Part shown: piece after piece, positions 43,939 through 55,006 of the stretch
Layout of the letters: each line of letters begins with the position of its first letter
How positions within the stretch are numbered: the stretch's first letter is position 1
From: an uncultured delta proteobacterium
GTDB lineage: Bacteria; Myxococcota; Myxococcia; Myxococcales; Myxococcaceae
NCBI GenBank assembly: GCA_963771175.1
Contig: CAVYSY010000050.1
Span: 64,001 to 128,000, forward strand
Reading direction: 5' to 3'
DNA: 64,000 nucleotides
Made by a program: the position numbers and the translations under genes
Notes under the pieces: generated by a model
The model's database searches: none
Seen by the model: only the letters and a program-made list of their open reading frames with translations
What the model was told of the DNA's origin: nothing

Positions 43939-44083
43939 GAGCATAAGACGGAGAGGGGCGCTGTTGAGGGTGGTGGGCTGGTGCAGAGGGGCGGAGGAGG
44001 GTCGCTGACGGGTGCCGCCGAGCAGTGAGTCCGGCCGGTGGAGAGGTCGTGCAGCCTGCTTTGGGTACACGCCTGCTCAGGCC
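43939..44083. repeat. Dispersed repeat, copy 3 (longest)
   Basis: Matches 36060-36168 and continues gtgcagcc...cacgcctgctcaggcc. Confidence 0.85.
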
Positions 44084-44084
44084 G

Positions 44085-44259
44085 TGTTGGCGTTCACGAG
44101 GGAGCGCGAGAATTTGGACCGGGGCGGCGGACGAGCTCTGGCGGGTCCGGCGCCCCGGTGTGAGGCTCAGCGCTTCGTCTTCGACTTGCGCTCGGCGGCG
44201 CTCTGCTCGGCGACCCTGCGGCGGTAGCTCTGGCCCTCGATGGTGATGATGTCCGCGTG
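44085..44259 (-). mobile_element. istB: IS21-family remnant: istB 3' end and probable terminus
   Basis: HADIITIEGQSYRRR-stop at 44167-44259 is the typical IstB C-terminus. Confidence 0.7.
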
Positions 44260-44373
44260 CCGGCCGGCGACGGTGGGACAGGCACGGCACCTGCCGGGGC
44301 TGACGCCAACGGCGGTGTCGCTGCTCCTGGTGGCGCTCGAGCGGGAAGCGCTCAGGGGCGAGCCATCAGTGGA

Positions 44374-44890
44374 GAGCTGAAGAGCTGACAGACAGCTCTC
44401 ACCTGGCCGGAGAAGGTGCTGGAGAGGCGCTCCCTGGACTGGCTGGCGGTGCTTTCGCGGGCGCACGAGTCGGGGATGCACCTTGACGTAGGGGTGGATC
44501 CGGGAGTGCCGGAGTTGCCGTTGCAGCGGATACTGCCAGGGCCGAGGGGGATGCGGGTGGGGTCGGCGGGGAAGCAGTTGAGCCGCCTGAAGGCGGAGGT
44601 GGCGAGGCTGGGGCTGAAGGAAGTGGAGGGAAGGTCTGAGGCGAAGGAGCGGCTGCGGGCGGAGGGGGTGGTGGCGCGGGCGTCGCCGGAGCTGCCGGAC
44701 TGGTTGTAGCTGGCCCCGGCGTACCTTGGGCCGAGGGGGCAGGGGGTGGCGATGCTGGGCAAGGGGCAGCCGGAGGCGGAGCTGCGGGCGCGGGTGGAGC
44801 AGCAGGGGATGGGGCTGGTGTCGGCGCGGACGTATCGGCTCCTGGAGGGTTGGGCGGAGCGGCAGGTGGCGGTGTTGGCGCTGGAGGGGC
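44374..44890 (+). pseudogene. rsmG: Decayed rsmG (gidB)-like 16S rRNA methyltransferase
   Basis: TALTWPEKVLERRSLDWL..LDVGVDPGVPELPL..GKQLSRLK..RLGL..VVARA..LAPAYLGP..AMLGK..YRL..AERQV; in-frame stops at 44386 and 44707. Confidence 0.65.
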
Positions 44891-45325
44891 GGGGCTCGGA
44901 GCGGGAGGGACTGGAGCTTCGTCCTCCGGCAAGACTTCGGCCACCACCTCACCCCGGGCGGTGACTGCGTACACGTACCACCCATCGAGCACCCGAACGG
45001 GAGAGCCGCGCGGACTGCCGCACCGTTCGAAGTGCTGAATCAGCTTGACGTAATACATGCCTGGCGTCGGGCCCTTGAAGACGACGACGTTCAGTCCCTG
45101 CTCGGGGCTGGAGCAGCCCCAGAACAGGTCTGGATACGGGTTGGTTCGTACCATCTCGCGGATGGCGGCCGTGGCGGCGAGAGCGGCCCCCGCCTCCACG
45201 GACGGGACGATGAGTTGGGTCGCGTCCTCGTCCGGCCATGTGACCTGCGGCTTCTGGGCAGTGGCGGGCACTGCGCATCCCGAGAGCACCGCTGCGAGCA
45301 CTGCAAGCGTATACACCTTGTTCAT
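44399..45325 (-). CDS. Lipoprotein (partner of a JAB-like protein) with long Pro/Ala/Ser/Thr tail
   Basis: AVLSGC lipobox; RCG..VLDGWYVYAVTARGEVV core like 6574..7008; ~175-aa low-complexity tail. Confidence 0.75.
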   Translation of the reverse strand: MNKVYTLAVLAAVLSGCAVPATAQKPQVTWPDEDATQLIVPSVEAGAALAATAAIREMVRTNPYPDLFWGCSSPEQGLNVVVFKGPTPGMYYVKLIQHFERCGSPRGSPVRVLDGWYVYAVTARGEVVAEVLPEDEAPVPPAPSPAPPAPTPPPAAPPNPPGADTSAPTPAPSPAAPPAPAAPPPAAPCPASPPPAPSAQGTPGPATTSPAAPATPAPPPPPPAAAPSPQTFPPLPSAPASPPPPSGGSTASPPTPPASPSALAVSAATATPALPDPPLRQGASPTRAPAKAPPASPGSASPAPSPAR

Positions 45326-45441
45326 TTCTTGCTCCCGAAGCCACATCCGGCAACAGCACGCTCGGTGCCAGAGGGCTCACCCCGGAGGCACCAGCGTGGG
45401 TCCGCTCCTCTTCTTCTGGGTCGTCTGCACATGACTGGCGC

Positions 45442-46197
45442 CTACTCTCTCAACAACCGGAGAGGTTTATCGCATTGGGGCGAGAGGCCGCGGCTGTTGG
45501 GGCTGCTTGGAGCGCAACGACCGAGGGAGACCCAGCCGACCCTGGTATCGCTCCACTGCTGGACCTCGCCCGTGGGAAAGTAGCGCAGGAAGAGGCGCGT
45601 GCCGTCCTGGCGCTCCGCCACCAGGGCCGAGGCCATCTCAATCCCCGTGTTCTTGTAGACTGCGGGAGCCGGGTTGCCCGGTTGCCCGTTGCCCGGAATC
45701 AGGCGGACTTCCGCCATGGCCACATAGGGGCTGAACCCGTCCGTGGGCCATGTAGCGAGATCGAACGAGGAGGGAGGCGCGCCGCAGGGGTGGTTATGGA
45801 CGTACCCCACGACCCACACCTGCGAGGCAGGATGGTCGTCGTCCTCCACCGCGAAGAACGGTTTGCATGAGTTATGGTTTCCCGGGATGGGCTCGGTCAC
45901 CCGCCAGGAGAGGGAGTCGCGGTCTCCGGCGACATAGACCGTCGAGCAGTACTCCGTGGACAGGCCCGCGATGGGCCGCTGCGCCACCGGGTCACACACC
46001 TTGGCGCCAGGACGCTTGATGAGTGCGTCCGCCACGTCCCGGAGCAAGCTGATGGGAACGGAGGTGTCCCCCGTGGGCATCTCGACAGCGGGCACCTCCG
46101 ACCACGGACCTTTGGCGATGCGCTGCGCGGTGGGGTGGGGGGCGGGCGGGGTGGCGCAGCCCACCACCAGCAGGAGTAACGGAAACGCATGCCGCAT
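45442..46197 (-). CDS. Lipoprotein with JAB/MPN-like (DUF4329-like) motif
   Basis: LLVVGC lipobox; TEYC...GYVHNHPCGAPPSSFD. Confidence 0.75.
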   Translation of the reverse strand: MRHAFPLLLLVVGCATPPAPHPTAQRIAKGPWSEVPAVEMPTGDTSVPISLLRDVADALIKRPGAKVCDPVAQRPIAGLSTEYCSTVYVAGDRDSLSWRVTEPIPGNHNSCKPFFAVEDDDHPASQVWVVGYVHNHPCGAPPSSFDLATWPTDGFSPYVAMAEVRLIPGNGQPGNPAPAVYKNTGIEMASALVAERQDGTRLFLRYFPTGEVQQWSDTRVGWVSLGRCAPSSPNSRGLSPQCDKPLRLLRE

Positions 46198-46351
46198 GGA
46201 TGCATTCTCCCCGTGGACTTGCCGCCTGATGGCAGGAGGTGGCATTGCCGCTCTTCATCCTACCACGGGGCCTGCCCGCCTCAACGCCGTGCCGAGGAGG
46301 CGGCACCGAGGAGCCGAGGTGTCCAGAGCGCGCGGCTCGAGGAGCGGAGAC

Positions 46352-47425
46352 GGTGTCAAAGGACTCGAAGCGCGGGACGAAACTCGGCATGGACGGGTGA
46401 ACCTACCGAGCCCCATGTCTTTTCGAGGACTTGCGGCTGGCCTGCGGGGTGCATGCGGCCTGACGACTCGCACGGAGGGGATGGGGATGGGTTGGCCGCT
46501 GAGAATGTTCCAGGAGGAGGGCTACTACTTCGTTACGTCCAGGTGCTTCCAGGGGACGGCTGTTGCTGCGTCCCAGCGCGGAGGTGAACGAGGTGGTGGG
46601 AGGCGTGCTGGCGCGAGCCATACAGCAGAGCGCTGGCACCGTGAGGCTGCACGCCTTCACCTTCGCCTCCAATCACTTCCACCTGTTGGTGTGGGCGCGG
46701 GGGGCAGCGCTCGCCTCCTTCATGCAGTACCTGCGAGCCAACCTCTCCAGGAAGGTGGGGACGGTTGGTGGACTGGAGTGGAGGCTTCTGGGAGCGGCGC
46801 TACTCGGCGGAGCCGGTGCTGGACGACACGGCGCTGGTGGGCCGGCTGCGCTACGTGCTCGCCCATGGGGTGAAGGAGGGGCTGGTGGAGAGGAGCGCCG
46901 AGTGGCCGGGCCTCACCTGTCTGCCGCAGTTGCTGGGGCCGGCGCGGCGGCTGTTTCGGTGGTTCAACTGGACGAAGCGCTGGAGCAAACGGGGAAGCGA
47001 GGAGATGGCGGCGGGGGAGGGGCGCTTCGCCGAGGAATGGGCCGAACCAGTGGAGTTGGAGGTGGCGCCTCTGCCGTGCTGGGAAGGACTGGGAGAGGAG
47101 CAGAGGCAGCGCGCGGTGCGGGGCCTGCTGGAGGAGGTGGAAGCCGAGGCCCGAACGCGGGGCACGCCTGTTTTGGGAGCACGGGCCGTGCGGGCACAGC
47201 ACCCGCATACCCGGCCCGAGCATCTCAAGCGGAGCCCGCGGCCGTTGGGGCATGCCTCCACGCGCCAGGCATTGAAGGAGCTGCGTGAGCGGTACCGGGC
47301 CTTTGTCGCGGTATTCCGAGAGGCGGCTGCTCGGTGGAGGCGGGGGGATTTCTCGGCCTGCTTTCCTCTCTTCGCCTTCCCGCCGCGTGTCGTCCCGGGC
47401 CGCATCGCTCAACTTCTTTGACACC
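46352..47425 (+). mobile_element. Y1 (HUH) RAYT-like transposase, CDS ~46487-47421 with two frameshifts, within 10-bp inverted repeats
   Basis: YFVTSRC, SNHFHLLV, FWERRY and HGVKEGLV..EWPG; ggtgtcaaag at 46352 and ctttgacacc at 47416. Confidence 0.85.
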
Positions 47426-47707
47426 CTTTCGGGAGCCTAGAGGGCTGCCGACCGGGCCGGAGTGAAATTCGTGCAGCGGCTCTGGGCTCGCGGGCCCAGA
47501 CGACATCCGGCGGGAAGGGTAGGGGAAGCCGGCAGTCAGACGGACTCGACACCAGGCGATCGGGCGAGGCACCTGCCAGGCGAATGGGCGGAGCATGATC
47601 CCCCGGGCCCGAGAGCGGGAGCCTTGCTGTGAGCAGCGGCTCCCGCTCAGCGGGATGGCGTCAGGCGATGGCCAAGCCTGGCGGCCTCCATCAGCAGCCG
47701 AACCCTA

Positions 47708-49348
47708 CTACGGGATCTCCTCTGGATCGGGCGGAGGCGGGCACGCGAAGGGGCACGTCGAGCCCTGCAACAGACACAATCCGCTGCAGCAGGTAGGGTA
47801 TGAGACACACCCCTTGGTATTGTTACATGTGGTCGGACTCAATCCATCGCAACCAGAGCCAACCCTGACGCATACATTGTTCTCGCAAGCGTATCCGGTA
47901 GTCGAACAGCTACCGCAATTGTTTACGGTGCGCGCCGTGCCGCAGTTGTCGGTTCCCGTCACCGTGCCGCAGTTGGCACCCATGCGCGAGCAAAACTGAG
48001 CGTCTGTCTCGGGTGTGCAGGTTCCACACACGTTGGCGGTGCCACCACCGCCGCACGTCTGGGGGACAGTGCAGGTTCCGCAGGAGAGCGTGCCACCGCA
48101 ATCGTCGGAAACGGTGCCGCAGTTCTTGTTCAGCATGGCGCACGTCTTCGGGGTGCAGCAAGCGCCCTGAGTCGTGCAGACCTGTCCCTTGCTACACGTG
48201 CCACAATCGAGCGCATCAAGATCCGAGAAGTCGCAACCGTTGGAGGCGGTACCACAGGTGCGTCCCAGATCAGCGCACGTCTTCGGAGTACAGCAGGCGC
48301 CCTGGACCGTACACATCTGCGCCTCGGCGCAGTTCCCGCAATCGAGCATGTTATCGAGCATGTTGCCGCAGCCATCGGAAACGGTACCGCAGGTGCGTCC
48401 CAGCTCGGCACACGTCTTTGGAGTACAGCAACCGCCCGCTCTCGTGCAGATCTGCCCCTGGGAACAGGTGCCGCACTCGAGTGTGTTGCCGCAGCCGTCG
48501 GAAACGGTACCGCAGGTACGTCCCAGCTTGGCACACGTGGTCGGGGTGCAGCAGGCGCCCGCGGTCGTACAGACTTGATCCTGAGGACAGGTGCCGCACT
48601 CAAGCTTGTTGCCACAACCATCGGAGGCAGCCCCGCAGCTACGGCCCTGGGCCGTGCACGTGCTGGGCGTGCAGCACTGGTTCGCGCTGGTGCACAGCTT
48701 TCCCGCCTCGCAGGCGCCACAGTCGATCATGCCGAACTGGGTGCGGGGCACCACGCCGCACTCCTTGCCCACCAGCGCACAGACCTCCCGGGGCATCTTC
48801 ATGTTCAGCACCGCGAGGCGCAGGGCCGGGAGCGAGGAATAGACCGTCCGCGGGACGCTGGCCGGAGGCGTCTGGATGTTGAGCCCATCGCTGGCGGTGG
48901 CGGCCAGGGCCGCCTGCTGCGCCGCCACCAGCGTGGTCCCCTGCAGCCGGTGGGGCAACATGTCCGAGCTCGTCACCCAGAGGGGGACCTCCGTGTCGGC
49001 GGGGGGCGAATGCATCAGGAGGAGCGCCTTGCCGTCCTCCAGGGGCTGCGCCAGGGTCACGCCAATGGTGTCCCCCAGGACGAACATGGGGGGCGTGCCG
49101 GCCTGGGCGATGAAGTCACTTCCGTTCAGGCCATCCAGGCGGATCAGCAGACCGTCCTGGACGGTGATCCGCGTCCCCTGACGCCAGACCTCGAACCCCT
49201 CCTCGACGCGCACGGGCTCGACGGAGACGAGCGTCCCGAGCCCCGAGTTGAGGGAGCGGAGCGGCTGGGCCGGTGCCGGGATCGTGGACGCACTGTTGGA
49301 ACAGGCCCCCGCGAACAGGAGGAGGAAGAGCAGCAGCGAGCGCATCAT
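47708..49348 (-). CDS. Lipoprotein with about seven Cys-rich ~41-aa repeats
   Basis: FAGAC lipobox; CTPxTCAxLGRTCGTVSDGCGxxLxCGxC repeats; TGATG overlap with the upstream stop. Confidence 0.88.
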   Translation of the reverse strand: MMRSLLLFLLLFAGACSNSASTIPAPAQPLRSLNSGLGTLVSVEPVRVEEGFEVWRQGTRITVQDGLLIRLDGLNGSDFIAQAGTPPMFVLGDTIGVTLAQPLEDGKALLLMHSPPADTEVPLWVTSSDMLPHRLQGTTLVAAQQAALAATASDGLNIQTPPASVPRTVYSSLPALRLAVLNMKMPREVCALVGKECGVVPRTQFGMIDCGACEAGKLCTSANQCCTPSTCTAQGRSCGAASDGCGNKLECGTCPQDQVCTTAGACCTPTTCAKLGRTCGTVSDGCGNTLECGTCSQGQICTRAGGCCTPKTCAELGRTCGTVSDGCGNMLDNMLDCGNCAEAQMCTVQGACCTPKTCADLGRTCGTASNGCDFSDLDALDCGTCSKGQVCTTQGACCTPKTCAMLNKNCGTVSDDCGGTLSCGTCTVPQTCGGGGTANVCGTCTPETDAQFCSRMGANCGTVTGTDNCGTARTVNNCGSCSTTGYACENNVCVRVGSGCDGLSPTTCNNTKGCVSYPTCCSGLCLLQGSTCPFACPPPPDPEEIP

Positions 49349-52300
49349 CAGAATTCAATCTCCAAGTCGTCCACGGCCACACGGCCCTGGCGGGTTTCGT
49401 CATCCCCCATCTGCAAGCGCACCTTCGCGATCTGTGACAGATCGAGGTTGGCGGCCGTCGCGCCGAAGCCCGAGAGCGGCAGCCGGTAGGTCTGGAAGGC
49501 CGCCGCCGTGGCCGTGAAGGGCCTCACGTCGGGGTTCTCCTGGCCGTTGTCCTTGTAGCGCCCGCCCTTCCCCACCCAGATCGTCGAGGGATAGATGGGG
49601 GCGATGGGCGAGAAGGCCTGGAGGGACACGCTCTCCGTGCGACCCGTGGCATCCACCAGCTGCACCCGGAAGCTCACCCCCCCCGTGCCGGTGAGGGCAT
49701 GCAGCGGCTGTTGCGCCACCCGGAAGTTGAGGCTGCGGGCGCTCCGCAGGTCCTTCTGGGCGGGCGCCAGGTGCTGCTCGTAGAAGGCGTTCTCCGTCCA
49801 GGAGAAGAGCACGCCCCGGGTGGCCTGGAAGAAGCGGTTCTCCACCTCGTCCTCGCCGTCTCCAAAGGGATTGCGGGGGTCGATCTCGTCATTGAGCAGC
49901 GTCTCGTCCACGTCCTCGAGCTGGACGGCCACCAGCTGACCCGAGCTGGATTGATTCTCCGCGGTGGCGGTCTCGAAGTCATCGAGGGTGAACCCGGTGA
50001 CGCCGCGCCGCAGCTGGGCCTGCGCGTACATGCGCACCCGGGCCGGCACCCCCAGCGGCGCGAGCCGCGTGGGCGGTTGCAGGAAGTACTCGCGCGCGCC
50101 GCGATCGCCGCGCTCCACCATCTCCAGGAAGGCCGTCACGTAGGCCTTGGCCACGCTCCGCTGCTCGTCTCCCGTCAGCAGGGTGCTGGCGGCGCCCATG
50201 GGAACATCCAGCGCCTTGTTCTCATAGAGCAGCGACGTGGAGCCCACTCCCTTGAAGAGCGGCTGCTGGCTCGCATCGCTGTAGCCCCAGCTCGTGTTGA
50301 AGAAGTTGTGGTTGGCCCCCTCGATCCGGATGGCGAACCGGTCGCTCAGGGCCCGGTCATAGTGGATGAACGGCTTGAGCCCGGGGAACACGCCCTTCAC
50401 GTCGGCGTCCGCCGAGCCATAGAGCAGCAGGAAGGGCGTCTGGGTGGGCAGGATGGCGTGGTTGTCCACCGCCAGGGACACCGGGGCCAGGCTGATTACG
50501 CCCTTGATGCCCTCCACGGAGACACCCGACAGCGTCTCGCCCGGCGGAAGCGCCTCGGGATCCCTCGACGGCAGCGACAGCTGCTTGAGCTGGTGCCACG
50601 CCACCACCACGGCCTCGCCACCTCGCGAGTGGCCCACCAGATAGATGCGGGAGGTATCGATCCGGCCCGCGAGTTCCGAGGCCTGGGCGTTCTGCACCAG
50701 CAGCTCGATGTTCTTCAGGGTGAGCCACGCACGGGCCTGGATGCCGAACTCGTTCTCCTTCAGGCCGGGGTAGCCCTGCTGGGGCTTGGCATACATGGGA
50801 TCCAGATCGACGCTGGCCGTGATGTAGCCCCGTGAGGCAAGGTGCTGCTGGAGGTAGGTGTACCCCCGGTAGTTCTCATCCGAGGTCATGTCATTGCCCA
50901 CCTGGAAGAGCTTGGGCGGCGCGGAGCTGTCCCGGCCCGTGAGGATGACCTGCTTGGGCATGTGATTGCCGTGCGCGAAGACGACCAATGGACGCGGCAC
51001 GGAGAGGTCCGTGGGATAGACGAGACGGCCGTGCAGGGTGAAATCATAGCCGCCCTTCTGCACGCCATCCCAGTCCCCGGGCAGATGGGCCGAGAAGCGG
51101 GGCGTCCCCAGGCCGGTCCCATACTCTGCGGTCTTGATGGGAAGCGCGCCCGGGAGCACATAGGACTCCACGACCTCGACGGCGGCGAACCCGTCGGGGC
51201 TGTCGAGGATGTCTCCCGGATTGAGCTGGCCGTCCCCCACGAACTCGTCGGGAGAGTCCGCGAAGTTGCCGAAGTCGTAGACGACGTCGTAGTCGCCCCA
51301 GGACGCGCTCGCCCAAAGGGTCAGCACATCGAGCGCCGCGTCCGCGGCCCCCACGGTGAGCACCTTGGGCCCTCCCGCCACGTCCGTGAGGGTGGGATTC
51401 TCCGCCCATTTCGCCGCGTCCCGATGCTCGACGAGGTAGACCTGGGCACGGCGGCCCGCGCGCTCGCGGTGGCGCGTGCGATCGAGCGCGGCCTGGATGG
51501 GACTGCCCTCATTGACGGTGCGGACGGTCCGGAAGCCGGAGGTGTACCGCGGTTCGGCCACGCCCACCGCCGCGGGAGACATGCCCAGGCGGTAGCGGAC
51601 CCGGTCCACGCCCACCTTCGTCGAGCCCTGCATGTACGTCAGCGTGAAGACCGCGTCCCCCACGGCGCCCCGGCCATAGGCCAGCAGGTGCGCCTCCACC
51701 GAGACCTGGTCTGCCGCCGTCCACGCCTGGGCAGGGTGACAGGCGCGTAGGTGCGGCCGTTCTCGTAGAACTCCACGAGTCCCTCGGGACCGCTCTCCTG
51801 GGCCAGGATCACGCTGATTCCCTTCGGCCAGCGGGGTGACGCGCAGGTCCAGCGGGCTCATCTTCAGGCGCCGCTCGCCGAAGTTCGAGGCGTTGACGTC
51901 CGACGGAGAAAGGGTGCGCTCCAGATGCACCGACTCCGGGGAGCGCATCCGGATCCGCGGGGGCCACCACGATGGGGGTCCGCACGCAGGCCGAAGACGG
52001 TGAAGGCATGCGCTGGGCTCCAGCCGAGCGAGACCCCATGGCGGACGGCCTGCGCCTCGAAGGTGTACTTCCCGGCGGGTACGACCTTGCCCTCCGAGCG
52101 TCCATCCCAGGCCACGGATTGGCTCGTCCCCCCGCTCCCGGGAAGCGTCCCCGAGGCCCGGAGGGTGCCTGCCTCGTCCAGCACCCGCCACGAGATGGAG
52201 TCCACCGGCGTGGAGGGCAGCAGGCCCGAGAGTTGGATCTGGAAGTTCGCGCTGGCCCCCGGCTGGTCGAGGCGCTCGTACCGGACGAACCGGTCGTTCG

Positions 52301-54900
52301 AGGCGAGGACCTGCGCTTGACGTCCTCCAGGACGAGCGCGCCGGAGCCCACGGCCACGCGGGGCTGGACCCCGCTGGTGGTCTGGAGGGAGAGCACGACG
52401 TCGAACGTCCCCGCCGCGCGGCTCCCATTGGAGGTGGTTCCATTCCACGAAGTGTAGAGCACCAGGCCGCGGCTCGTCTGGTCGAGCGTCGGGGTGGTCG
52501 TGCTGAAGACCGGCGTCGTCGTGCCGGTCGGGATGAAGTCCACCCGCACGGACACGCCGCAGCCCGAAAGAGCAGCGTATCGTAGAACGCCGAGTCCACG
52601 TGCAACGCGACGATCACGTCCGACGGCTGATCCTCGCGGACGCTCTTCGGGCTCGACGCGGTGGGGGCATCCAGGCAGACCAGGGCGTCGCAGTTGCCAA
52701 TGGCGAAGCTGGTCCGTCGCGATGCTCTGCTGGGCGGCCGGATCGTCGTCCGTAACGATTCAGCCGGACGGTCCACGTGCCCTGGCAGACCGGCGGGACG
52801 ATGGAGCCCGCGGGGAAGAGGAGCACGGCGGACACGCCCGGGCCGCTCGGCAGGGTCGGCGAAGGGCAGCCCCGGCGGGCCGATGGCCTGCCATTGGTAC
52901 TGGCTGATGCCCAGACCCGGAGAGGGCGGCGGGCCCTCGAAGGTGTTGTCCTGGTCGAAGCTCTGGGAGCCATCCACCCCGATGGTGACGGGCGTCACGC
53001 CCGTGATGGAGACGGTGGGCCGCACCAGGGGGCCGGCCACCCTCTGGGCGTGGGGGCCGTGTCCGGGTAGACCACGGTGACGGTGAATTGGGAGGAGGCC
53101 GGGTTGCCTTCCCCATCCAGGCGGAGGCGCAGTCGAAGAGCCAGGTCCCGCGCCCCAGGTCATTGGCCCCCAGGGTCACCACCGGACCGCTGTCGTTGAT
53201 GTGGGGCCACAGCGTGTGAATGGGCAGGAGCGGCTGCCCCCCCGACGCTCGCGTACCACTCGTAGCTCACGAGGCCCGGCGACACGGTCGCGAACCGGCC
53301 ATCCGTCAGATGGCAGTGGTTCACATCCTGGGGACACGGGGAATCGGGGTCCTCGGACAGGCTCGCATCCAGCACCAGGGGACCGGAGCCGAAGACATGC
53401 TGGCTCGGCTGGCTGAGGAACGCCACCTGGGGCAGCCCGTCCACCAGGACGGTGAACTCACCCGACACGGACTCCTGCTCGTCATCCGTGGCCGTGAGGC
53501 GGAAGATCCACGTCCCGGCCGGGGCGGAGTAGTCGAGCGTGGACTGGGTGGAGAGCACCGTCCCCACCGGCAGGCGCCCGCCGCCGCCGGCGCCTGGACG
53601 ACCTCCCACTTGAAGGTCAGCCATCCGCCGTCGTCATCCTCAAGGACCGACGTCTCGACATGGAGCGGATTGCCCGCGCCGACGCTCGGCGTCCGCCGAG
53701 AGCGCGATGCCGAGGCTTGCGATTGATCACCTCGACGGTGATCTCCCTTCGAGACCGACGCGGGCTCATCCTCGTCATCCGTGGCCGTCACCTTGAAGCG
53801 CCAGGTGCCCACCTCGGCGCCGGTGGTCGGAATGGAGAGGCTGGACTCGGTGGAGTAGCCTGACTGGGGCGTCCGGTTGGGTGCCTCCAGGATGTCCCAG
53901 ACGAACTTCAACTCACCTTCGTCCGCGTCCTTGGTCGTCGAAACGTCGAGCTTTATCGGATTGCCAACCACTACCTGGGATGGGCTCGTGACCTCGTAGT
54001 TTGGCGGGAGATTCGGGACGGAAAAGTTGTACGAGAAGGTCTTCATTTCGCCTTCATCGTCGTCGACCTCTGAGCTCGAAGGGACCAATCCCCAATGTCA
54101 TTGCCGCCCAATTGGAGTGTCGGGTTGGCAGTGTCTTTGTTGGTGAGCTCGACAATCGTGGACTTCCTGGGATGGGACTTGATCCTCCACCGGTGTTTCA
54201 TGGGGCCGGAATAGGCATCGTCGTCGGGATCGCTGGAATTCGCATTGAATTTGACATTCGAATTCCAGGCTGGCGGACTGGGAGTCGCGGAAGGATTGGC
54301 CGTCGGCGGAAGATTATAGACGGTGTATTGATATTCGTATGATATTGGATAGACCTGGCGTGCACGCAAGGCCGCAAGGCGTGTTGGCGGGTACGCACGT
54401 GTTCTGGCTGTCGTTGGGGTAGACAAAGCCGATCGTGCATCGGTAGGTGTGTGTGCCGAGAGATCCTTCAATGATTGAGGATAGAACCAAAAGGCGAAAT
54501 CCTTGCGTCCGTCAGCATTGTAGTCTTTGATGGGGCAAGCGTCGTGATAGAATGGCTGAGCGGTCGCCGGGGGATCATTGCTGTAAGGTGAGATCTGGAC
54601 GCCAGTCGGCTTGGTGGTGCTGTCAATGCCCAGGTACTGGCAATCGGCGCTGATTGGAATCCCATAAATGGCGGGGTCCCATGAGTAGCGATGTCCCCAG
54701 TTCTGCTTCACCACGGTCTGATAGGTTCTTACGGCGATACTCGCGGTGGCGGGCTGGAGTTCCTCCTCTTCGGAGATGTAACTGGCTGTCCCTGCTTCTG
54801 TGGCAGTGTATTGCTTCGTGCTGGCTGCAGCTGGGAGTAACTTCTCCTCAGGAGCGCCCACGACAAGGTACATGGCGAGCAGCGCGGCAATGTTCTTCAA
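49348..54900 (-). CDS. Giant secreted protein (~1850 aa): PKD/Ig-like repeats, FlgD-Ig-like domains, C-terminal alpha/beta hydrolase; several frameshifts
   Basis: Repeated DxSxSxDxD..W..GTWxFxxTATDDE; WDGR..GKVVPAGKY; VFAHGNH, VGHSRGGEA, DADV and GANHNFFN. Pieces lie in ORFs 54043..54900, 53321..54088, 53160..53624, 51809..52555, 51864..52448 and 49348..53163. Confidence 0.72.
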
Positions 54901-55006
54901 GGGTGGAGTCCGGAGAATCTAGCCGTCAGCGACGGGAAGAGGGTGTCATGCCAGGAGTCCCAGCTGGCAAGGGCTGGGCCTGGAAGAAACTGGAATCATC
55001 CAAATG

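Noticed and set aside
47900..48790. Periodic ~120-nt repeats that could resemble a CRISPR-like array
   Set aside because: In-frame Cys-rich coding repeats with no unique spacers and no cas genes. The 12-nt duplication at 48341-48364 is in-frame slippage.
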